A stretch of 64,000 nt of DNA from an uncultured Thermoleophilia bacterium (GTDB lineage: Bacteria; Actinomycetota; Thermoleophilia; UBA2241), in contig CAZHMG010000005.1 in NCBI GenBank assembly GCA_964533575.1, positions 1,336 through 65,335 of the forward strand, in the 5' to 3' direction. Under the pieces are notes generated by a model, which was not told the DNA's origin, made no database searches, and saw only the letters and a list, made by a program, of their open reading frames with translations. The position numbers and the translations under genes were made by a program. Every line of letters starts with the position of its first letter. Position 1 is the first letter of the stretch. Positions 45,695-53,189 of this stretch are shown piece by piece.

Positions 45695-47106
45695 TGCTGG
45701 CGCCCCGCTTCCGGCTGAGGCGACAGGAGCACGCCGATCAGCGCCAGCGACAGAGTCACGAGACTGATGCCGAGGAAGATGTCGATGAACATCGCATTGA
45801 CCACGAACACGGCCATGCCGGCGACAGCGGCGACGCCCAGATGCCGGTACCTTGGCACGGCGAGGAGTCGGAGCCCCGCAGCGACGAGCAGCCCAACAAC
45901 GACAATGAGGCTGATCGACGCGCCGAGCCCTCCATCAACGGCCGCCGAGAGGACCGTGTTGTGTGGTACCAGAGTACCGATACCGAACGACCCAGAGATG
46001 TCTCCGACGCTTCGGAGGTCAGCGCGAGAGAGCGTCGCAAACCACCCGCTGCCTACGCCGACGAGCGGGTGGTCGGTGATCAGGTTGACGGCTGCACGCT
46101 GAACGATGATGCGGTTGAAGATCTCGCTCGTGGACGTCGCGCGACTCGAGAACTGCGCGGCGCCGAGGAGTGACACGAGGGCAACCACGGCAACCGCCAA
46201 GCCCAGACCGGCCATCGCAATGACCCTTAATCGCCTACGTTCGGTCAGTGCGAGGACCGCGAAGATGCCCGCCACCGCACCGAGCCAGCTCGCCCTCGTC
46301 TGGGAGACTGCGAGCCCGATCAAGGCGATCGGCACGGTTACGATGGCGACATGTTTGAGCTGGGAGGACCGGCGTGACCAGATCCAGGCCAGAACCAGAC
46401 CGATGCCGAGGGCTGTGCCAAGGAAGGCGGGGTTGATGAATGGGCCTCCCGTGCGCGCCAGCGCCGCGCCGCGTGAGCCCCAGCTGAGTTCCCCGTTATA
46501 GGAGAAGAAGCTGTAGCCGAGGCGCGATTCAAGCAGAGCCAGCACGGACCACAGACAGCATGCGAGAAGGTACATCAGGACGACGATCTCAATCTCGCGC
46601 AGGGGCCAGCGATAGTGCATGACGACGATCAGCAGGGCGAAGGGGAGGAGGTAGCTGTCGAGCCAGCCCTGAATGCCGGCCTGCACGCTCAGGTTACGCA
46701 CGGCGGCGAACGCCATCAGGGCGAGGAGGATGAGGATCCACAAGGCCAAGGTCCTCAGCGCTTCATTGCGGTGAGTCTGCGAACCGGGAATCATGGCGGA
46801 TCTCTGCCGCTGCTTGAGGATCGCGTGGCCGACGACGATGATCGACCATCCGATCAGCGAGCGTCCGACGGTGATGTCCGGCAGGGCCGGCACGGAGACG
46901 ATTGCTCTGTCGCCAAACAGCGGCAGTACGATGATAAGGGCGCCGAGGGCGAGTTCGGGCCGCTTCCACGTCGCGGCGGCGAAGACCAGCGCCACGAAGC
47001 CGGCGAGGAGCCATTTGCCCTGGCCGGCGCCCAATGCGAGACCCACGCCGACGCCGGCGATGCAGCAGACCAGCACAATGATCGCCGGCGAGGTCAGTCG
47101 AGTCAT
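45691..47106 (-). CDS. O-antigen ligase / Wzy-like polymerase family membrane protein
   Basis: About 10-12 TM helices are predicted. The Wzy_C-like segment is RGAALARTGGPFINPAFLGTALGIGLVL. The start was chosen at MTRLTSPAII. Confidence 0.65.
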   Translation of the reverse strand: MTRLTSPAIIVLVCCIAGVGVGLALGAGQGKWLLAGFVALVFAAATWKRPELALGALIIVLPLFGDRAIVSVPALPDITVGRSLIGWSIIVVGHAILKQRQRSAMIPGSQTHRNEALRTLALWILILLALMAFAAVRNLSVQAGIQGWLDSYLLPFALLIVVMHYRWPLREIEIVVLMYLLACCLWSVLALLESRLGYSFFSYNGELSWGSRGAALARTGGPFINPAFLGTALGIGLVLAWIWSRRSSQLKHVAIVTVPIALIGLAVSQTRASWLGAVAGIFAVLALTERRRLRVIAMAGLGLAVAVVALVSLLGAAQFSSRATSTSEIFNRIIVQRAAVNLITDHPLVGVGSGWFATLSRADLRSVGDISGSFGIGTLVPHNTVLSAAVDGGLGASISLIVVVGLLVAAGLRLLAVPRYRHLGVAAVAGMAVFVVNAMFIDIFLGISLVTLSLALIGVLLSPQPEAGRQQ

Positions 47107-47502
47107 GAGTTGCCTCGGCTGCGCGCCAGCATCGTACCGCCCCGCGGGCGGATTCGGAGGAGACGTCCCGCGTGGGATGGAGTCAGGCAAACCTGGGCGC
47201 CCCGATCGTCAGGGCCCATGTGCGCGTGTCCTTCAAAGCCTGGCAAGCCCTTCGTCGCTCCACGGCCCATGAACGCGCCGAGGAGTCTAGCAGAGTACCT
47301 TTCGGGCAGCGAGACCGCCGTCCACCCATCCTGACCGTCGGACCAACAAGCGTGGCGTTGGCGGCGACCCTCCCGCTTGTGGCACTCTTCCCGGTAAGCT
47401 GGCGAGTCAATACGGGGTCACCGATCATCACTCCCGTGTTCTGCGATTCAGACACGCAGCCGCGGGCAAGGCCTCACGAGAGAGGCGGCAGGGGAGCAGT
47501 CC

Positions 47503-48678
47503 ATGAACGAGAGTCGAGACAGTTCCAGGCCAAGGCCACGTATGTGGGTCATTCTCGTCCTGTCGGCCGTGGCGGTCATTGCGGCCGTCGCGTTGGTCTG
47601 GGTGTACTCGACTCCCACACTCAACGTCACCGACTTCGGAGCCCAAGCCGACGACGGCGGCGATGACACAGCCGGCATCCAGGCCGCCGTTGACGCCTGC
47701 GGCAACCGCGGAGGTACCGTCCGCCTCCCGGCCGGCACCTACTTGGTCAGCAGACCGATCAAGCTGCCGGCCGGCAACACGAGCAGGCTGACGCTCTCTG
47801 GGCGAGGGGCGACGATCAAGCTCACCAACACCAAGCCGCGCTTCCTCGCTTGGAACCGGACGACGGACGGACAGGTCTTCCGCGACTTCGTCATCACGGG
47901 CTTCAAGGTCGACGCGCAGGGCAAGCATCCAGCTTCCGGATCCTATTCGGTACTCGGCTTCGATGACGCCAACACCGGCGGCTATCACACGCCCAACAGC
48001 ATCTCGGTTGAGAACCTGACCGTGAAGGACTGTACCGTGGTCAACGTGGCCACGAGCCCGCGCAGCATCTGGAACGCGTGCGTCATCAATGTCTTCACCT
48101 CAGGGACCGGCCGCATCACCGACGTGACCATCGAGAACTGCCGCCTCGAGGGGGGCTCACGTGGCGTCAACATCTGGGCCGCCGAAAGATCCAGCAACGT
48201 CGTCATGGACCGCATCTACATCCGCGACTGCTGGCACGACACGATGGTGAATCCGGTCGCCTTCTCGGCCAGCACGAACTACCACATCGGCCAGTTCGCC
48301 AGGGTGGGAACGATTGAGCTCACCGACAACTACGGCGCCCGTGCCTTTGACTGCGGCATCGAGATCGACCAGCCGGCCCAGGGCCTGATCGAGAACTGCG
48401 TCATAGAGAACAGCCACTACAACCAGTACTACTACACGAACTTCAACACGCCGCTCACCGGCAGCGGCCGGACCACTTTCCGCAACTGCACGGCCAACGT
48501 CACCATACCGGTCTACGGCGGCACCGGTTTCACCATCGGCTGGGAGGGCACGAAGATCGGTACCGTCGAGCTGGACGGCTTCACCGCCAACCTCGACCAC
48601 GGCACCAAAGTGACCTGGCAGGTCAACTCCGATGTCGTCCTGGAGGGGCTGTACGTGGATGGGGTGAAGGTGCGGTAG
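47503..48678 (+). CDS. secreted/anchored right-handed parallel beta-helix protein (pectate-lyase-3 / GH28-like)
   Basis: After a signal anchor, LNVTDFGAQADDGGDDTAGIQAAVDACGNRGGTVRLPAGTYLV is the canonical pectate_lyase_3 start. Repeated Asn/Thr/Gly-rich beta-helix coils follow. Confidence 0.7.
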   Translation: MNESRDSSRPRPRMWVILVLSAVAVIAAVALVWVYSTPTLNVTDFGAQADDGGDDTAGIQAAVDACGNRGGTVRLPAGTYLVSRPIKLPAGNTSRLTLSGRGATIKLTNTKPRFLAWNRTTDGQVFRDFVITGFKVDAQGKHPASGSYSVLGFDDANTGGYHTPNSISVENLTVKDCTVVNVATSPRSIWNACVINVFTSGTGRITDVTIENCRLEGGSRGVNIWAAERSSNVVMDRIYIRDCWHDTMVNPVAFSASTNYHIGQFARVGTIELTDNYGARAFDCGIEIDQPAQGLIENCVIENSHYNQYYYTNFNTPLTGSGRTTFRNCTANVTIPVYGGTGFTIGWEGTKIGTVELDGFTANLDHGTKVTWQVNSDVVLEGLYVDGVKVR

Positions 48679-48690
48679 GCCCAAATGTAC

Positions 48691-48728
48691 GTGAATCATC
48701 GTCGGCTGTCTGGACGACGGTGATTCAC
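48691..48728. terminator. stem-loop (14-bp stem with 1 mismatch) downstream of the beta-helix gene
   Basis: In the sequence GTGAATCATCGTCGgctgtctggACGACGGTGATTCAC the flanking 14-mers are reverse-complementary. The stem-loop starts 13 nt after the stop codon. No U-tract follows. Confidence 0.4.
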
Positions 48729-48859
48729 TCGCCTCGCGCACGAGCAGCCTTGTGGGGCATGGCGGTAGAATACAATGCTGAGTACTTCTGGCGTCGAGGC
48801 CTTTGAACGCGACGTGCAGTGTCTGCTTGGAGCGGTTCACAGCTCGATGGGGGTAACGT

Positions 48860-50608
48860 ATGGCGAAGCGACAAGATGGTCTCTTGGGCAGAACAGTGTC
48901 GCGCAGCCTGCGCGCTCTATGGACGAAACTCTGGATAGTGCTGCTCGTGATGGTTGTCTGCGCCGCAACCGCCTTCTTCTACGCCAACAGTCAAACGCGA
49001 ATTTACGCGGCATCCGCCCGGATCATGTACGAGCCGCCGACCGACATTTCCGATCCCAGCGCCGGCTCCTCGTCAGTCAATACGGACTTCATGGCGATCC
49101 AGCTGCAGAGCGTCAGTACAAGCCTGCAGGATCCGAAGCTGCGCGCCGCCGCGGAAGAGGGCCTGAACGATGCGGATGCCGCTTTGGACTACACAGTGAC
49201 CGCCGACGTCGTGGTCCCGGATGTCAGCTCGACGAGCATGACGTTTCCGAACACAGTCGAGATCACTGCTGAGACAGTCGATCCATCAGCCGCCGCCGCG
49301 ATCGCCAACGCGTACGCCGCCGCCGTCATCGCCCAGCGCAAGGAGAATCAAGAGAAGCGCTACAAGGCTGCCCAGGCCGTCGTGGAAGATCAGCTCGAGC
49401 TCTACGTGACGGATCAGAGCAAGCTGACGACTGATTATGCGATCCTCAAGCAGCAGCTACGCAATCTGGTTGTTGCCGCGGCTACGGTCACGGGCGACTT
49501 CTCCGTCGTGGTGCCGGCGGAGCCGTCTCCAGATCCGGTGGCGCCACAGCCGCTTCGGTCGGCCGCGTTGGGGCTCTTCGGCGGCGCTGTCGTTGGAATC
49601 GTCCTCGTCTACGGGATGAGCCGTCTGGACAACAGGCTGCATGGTCACCGTGACGTCGCGGAGGCAATCGAGGCGCCGATCCTTGGACGAATTCCGAAAG
49701 ACCGCAGCAGCGCGGAGTCGGGCGATTTGCCGACGCTGTATTCTCCAGACGGTCCGGTGAGCGAAGCGTTTCGCATGACCAGGAGCAATCTTGAGTGGGC
49801 GAACGTCGACGGTGATGTCCGCACACTGCTGTTCACGAGCTGCTTGAAGGGCGAAGGGAAGACGACGACGGTATGCAATCTGGCCGTGGCGATGGCACGG
49901 GCCGGAAAGACGGTCGTTGTGGTGGACGCAGACCTGCGCGCTCCCAAGGTCCACAGGGTCTTCGCGCTGCCGAATAGCCTCGGACTGAGCTTGATCGTGC
50001 GCGGAACGACGCAGCTGCCGGCTGTCCTGCAAACATACGCGCTGAACGGTGAGACCTCATTCGGCGGTCGCCTTGGGCCCGCCGTCAGAGTTGCGGCAAA
50101 GGGCGGGATGGCGGTCCAGGGAGGTGAGTCTCAGGGCGCTCCGGTGCGGGCACGTTCGTCTGCGTCACCCAAGTCCCAGTCTGCGGTGAGCGCTGAGACG
50201 AGGAGCGGGGACTCTCCTGTGTCCGTCGTCAAGACCGCCCAGGGACACGAGGCGGGGACGATCCAGGTCGGTGGTTCGCAAGGCGTCGCCGTGCGCGTGC
50301 TCACGTCGGGACCGCTTCCTCCTGATCCGGGAGAAGTGGTCGCTTCACGAAGGATGGCTGATGTACTCCGCCAGATCGGAGACCTCGATGCCGACTACAT
50401 CCTGATCGATGCCCCGCCCATCTTGTCTGTCGGAGACGCGGCAGCGCTCTCGGCTTACGCCGACGGTGTCGTTCTGATCGTGAACGTCGGGAAGGTGAGC
50501 AGGCCTGCCCTGATGGACGGCCGTGAGCAGCTGGACGCGCTTCCGTGCCGGAAGCTCGGCGTGGTGGTGGTTGGGGAGGAGATCGAGTACCGGCACTACT
50601 ACCAGTGA
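48860..50608 (+). CDS. Wzz/Wzc-type polysaccharide co-polymerase fused to a BY-kinase (tyrosine autokinase)
   Basis: An N-terminal TM and periplasmic coiled-coil are followed by a second TM. The Walker A GEGKTTTVCNLA, VVDADLRAPK, Walker B YILIDAPP, and a C-terminal Tyr cluster YRHYYQ are present. An insert of about 84 aa of low complexity sits inside the kinase domain. Confidence 0.8.
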   Translation: MAKRQDGLLGRTVSRSLRALWTKLWIVLLVMVVCAATAFFYANSQTRIYAASARIMYEPPTDISDPSAGSSSVNTDFMAIQLQSVSTSLQDPKLRAAAEEGLNDADAALDYTVTADVVVPDVSSTSMTFPNTVEITAETVDPSAAAAIANAYAAAVIAQRKENQEKRYKAAQAVVEDQLELYVTDQSKLTTDYAILKQQLRNLVVAAATVTGDFSVVVPAEPSPDPVAPQPLRSAALGLFGGAVVGIVLVYGMSRLDNRLHGHRDVAEAIEAPILGRIPKDRSSAESGDLPTLYSPDGPVSEAFRMTRSNLEWANVDGDVRTLLFTSCLKGEGKTTTVCNLAVAMARAGKTVVVVDADLRAPKVHRVFALPNSLGLSLIVRGTTQLPAVLQTYALNGETSFGGRLGPAVRVAAKGGMAVQGGESQGAPVRARSSASPKSQSAVSAETRSGDSPVSVVKTAQGHEAGTIQVGGSQGVAVRVLTSGPLPPDPGEVVASRRMADVLRQIGDLDADYILIDAPPILSVGDAAALSAYADGVVLIVNVGKVSRPALMDGREQLDALPCRKLGVVVVGEEIEYRHYYQ

Positions 50609-51873
50609 CGGCGGCTCTGCTGGTCCAGCTGATGTCGCAGCGGGGCTTGCGAGGGCAGCCGCGACAGGCGCCACAGGCAGATGGCGAAGAAGGCGAGCAG
50701 GAGACTGTTGCGGCCGACGACGATGGCCACCGTCTCGGGTTGCATGTAGAGCAGGCGGAAGTAGAGGGCCGGGAACTCCGCCTGCGTCAGGAGGAGCACC
50801 AAGGCGCCCAGAACCGCGAGCACGCGGTCTGAGGCGCCCACCAGGGCCCACGCCGGCAGCAGCCAGATCATGTACTGCGGCGAGAGGACCTTGCTGAAGG
50901 TCATGAGGGCGAGCAGGAGAGACAGGACGGCGAGGACCTGGTCCTGCGGCACTGCGAGAAGTCGCTCCCTGCGTCGCCAGATCAGGCCGTAAACCCCGGC
51001 GATGGCGAGAAGCGTGAGAGGCCCGGAAGCGGCTGCCGCGACGCCGACGCCGGGAGCCACGAGAAAATGTGATCCGTGGCTATGGCCGAACGTGGCCCAA
51101 TTCGCGCCGACGAGCTGACCGAGGAGCATCGGCGTCCCGAGCACGCTCTCAATCTGGAGGGGACGCTCGAGATGGTAGCGGAACACGTGCCAGATACCCG
51201 CCGGCGAGTTGATCACGTACTGCACGAACGGCACCACGGCGGCGACCGCGAAGGCGACGATCGGCCATACCCAACGTCGCGGGTGACCGGCCAGGATGAG
51301 GATGAGCGGAAGGATCGCCGCCGGCGTGAATTTGAGAGCAAAACCAAGTCCCAAGATCAATGCGGCCACGGTGTACCAGCGCTGGATGAGGCACAGGAGC
51401 AGTGCGGCGACAACCAGCGCCACGACGACATCGTAGCGGTTGATGATGATGGCGCCGGTGAGGGCGACCCCGACCGGGAAGAGCACCGCCGCCATGTACG
51501 CGCGTCCACCGCGAGGCCAGAGCAATGTGGCAAGCAGGGTGGTGACCGCACACGTGATCAGCGTTATGGCCCCCATCCACGTGCTGAACCAGCGCATGTA
51601 GCCTGCCAGGTCGTCGACATGGCCCGGGAGCTGGAACAGGGGTACGGCCAAAGGGGGGTACTCGATCCGGAAATCGTTCGCGAACGGTGTCTCGCCCTCG
51701 GCGATTCGCTGGGCGTACCCGTGATAGACGGGGATGTCGCTGATGTCGTGCAGACCGTACCAGAGGTTGGGGAACAGCAGCACGAGCACGATCAGCGTCA
51801 GGCCGACGGAAGCGAGCATCGCGAGGACAACATTGACCTGGTGCTGATCGCCGGGTGATCCCATGCCGGTCAT
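50599..51873 (-). CDS. GT-C fold membrane glycosyltransferase (DUF2029 / GT87-like)
   Basis: There are about 11 TM helices. The N-terminal loop with YHGYAQRIAEGETPF is typical of the DUF2029 polyprenyl-phosphate-sugar-dependent GT family. The start is at MTGMGSP. Confidence 0.55.
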   Translation of the reverse strand: MTGMGSPGDQHQVNVVLAMLASVGLTLIVLVLLFPNLWYGLHDISDIPVYHGYAQRIAEGETPFANDFRIEYPPLAVPLFQLPGHVDDLAGYMRWFSTWMGAITLITCAVTTLLATLLWPRGGRAYMAAVLFPVGVALTGAIIINRYDVVVALVVAALLLCLIQRWYTVAALILGLGFALKFTPAAILPLILILAGHPRRWVWPIVAFAVAAVVPFVQYVINSPAGIWHVFRYHLERPLQIESVLGTPMLLGQLVGANWATFGHSHGSHFLVAPGVGVAAAASGPLTLLAIAGVYGLIWRRRERLLAVPQDQVLAVLSLLLALMTFSKVLSPQYMIWLLPAWALVGASDRVLAVLGALVLLLTQAEFPALYFRLLYMQPETVAIVVGRNSLLLAFFAICLWRLSRLPSQAPLRHQLDQQSRRHW

Positions 51874-52289
51874 GCGCTGCGGAAGCTCCAGAACTTGTTG
51901 AACAGGAAGTTGAACGGCAGGACGCAGCCTATGGCCAGCAGCTGGCTGAGGAGTACCGGCAGCTCGAGATGGCCCCGGAACAGCGAGAAGGCCACTGTGT
52001 TGAGGCCGAGGCCGGCGAGGCTCACGGTGAGGAACTTGCCGAACTCGACGTGCGCCGGTCCCGTGGACCGGAATGTCCACCAGCGGTTCAGGAGGAAGTT
52101 GTTGACGACGGCCACGAGGAAGGCGAGCGCGCTGGCCGCGATCTCAACGAGGAACGAGGTCGTTGGATTGAATTCGGCCCAAGCGGTGAGCGTCAGCTTG
52201 AGGACGACCAGATTGACGAGGGTTCCCGCGCCGCCCACGATGGCGAACTTCACGAATTGCTTGCTGCTGCGCTTCAGCCGACGTCTCAC
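51870..52289 (-). CDS. GtrA-family protein
   Basis: The 139-aa protein has 4 TM helices, FVKFAIVGGAGTLVNLVVL, and a C-terminal NFLFNKFWSF. Its stop overlaps the GT87-like start (ATGA). Confidence 0.75.
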   Translation of the reverse strand: MRRRLKRSSKQFVKFAIVGGAGTLVNLVVLKLTLTAWAEFNPTTSFLVEIAASALAFLVAVVNNFLLNRWWTFRSTGPAHVEFGKFLTVSLAGLGLNTVAFSLFRGHLELPVLLSQLLAIGCVLPFNFLFNKFWSFRSA

Positions 52290-52383
52290 GACTCACCTGA
52301 ACGGAGGGGAGGAGCGGCCGCGGAGAACGGTGGCTCGGCGCGTGGCCGCAGGGCCGCCGTCATGATATGCGATGGACGGCGGC

Positions 52384-53118
52384 TCAGAAACCCGGCGAGG
52401 ACGAGCGGAACGACCGGAAGCACGTGTCGATCTGCGCCCACACGTCGGCGTAGTCGCCGAGCGGACGCCAGGGCAGACGTTCCGCGGCGCAGAGCTCGGC
52501 GAGGTGGTCTCGGGCGAACGTCAGATCGGCTTCGCGCGCCAGACACAGATCGCTGGAGCCGTCGCCAAACGCGAGCACTATATCGCCGGGACGGCGGAGG
52601 GCGCGCAGGACGCCTGCCTTGCATTGTCCGGCTCCGCAGCGAGGACAGTCGCCGAACGTCTCGTCGAATGTCATGCAGCTGGACGCCCCTTCGTCGGGCC
52701 CGCCGGGGATGAGCCTGCTGGCATAGATGTCGATGGCGGGAAGCGCCTCACGCCGCCAGACGGCGTCGATGGCGGCGCGAAAACCGGCGCTGACGATGGC
52801 GCCCCGCCCGCCACGGCTGGTGAGCGTGGCCAGAAAGCCGGCCAGGCCGGGCGCCGGTTCGGCGGCGGTGACGAGGGCGCTGATGAACTCCGCAGCCGGC
52901 GCCTGGACGAGGGCGACCTGGCGGCGCAGCGCTTCGGCGTGGCTCAGACGGCCGTTGCGCACGTCTTGCTCGAGCGGCCGCCACGCGTCCCCGACGAAGC
53001 GCTGGAGGATCACCTCCATGCACTCCCGCGTCGTCAATGTGCCGTCATAGTCGAACAGGGCGAGGTACTGCCGCTCCGCGTCTCGAGGCAACGAGGCGTA
53101 TGAGGCCGGCCGGGTCAC
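52384..53118 (-). CDS. HAD-IB family phosphatase (MtnX/PSP-like) with Cys cluster
   Basis: Motif I LALFDYDGTLT and motif IV FGDGSSDL are present, and there is an inserted CPRCGAGQC segment. Confidence 0.6.
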   Translation of the reverse strand: MTRPASYASLPRDAERQYLALFDYDGTLTTRECMEVILQRFVGDAWRPLEQDVRNGRLSHAEALRRQVALVQAPAAEFISALVTAAEPAPGLAGFLATLTSRGGRGAIVSAGFRAAIDAVWRREALPAIDIYASRLIPGGPDEGASSCMTFDETFGDCPRCGAGQCKAGVLRALRRPGDIVLAFGDGSSDLCLAREADLTFARDHLAELCAAERLPWRPLGDYADVWAQIDTCFRSFRSSSPGF

Positions 53119-53189
53119 CGCACGAGTCTAGCGCAGGGCGGCGTCTGGTAGAATCGGGCATCCCGGCCTCCGCAACGAAAGCGAGTCAG

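Noticed and set aside
51855-52712. 285-aa plus-strand ORF overlapping GtrA and the HAD-IB gene
   Set aside because: It is antisense to two genes with clear family motifs. Its composition is Arg-rich.
53119-53189. Possible T-box leader upstream of ileS
   Set aside because: Only about 70 nt separate the divergent HAD-IB start from the ileS GTG, which is too short for a T-box (more than 200 nt). A GC-rich palindrome there is more likely part of the divergent promoters.
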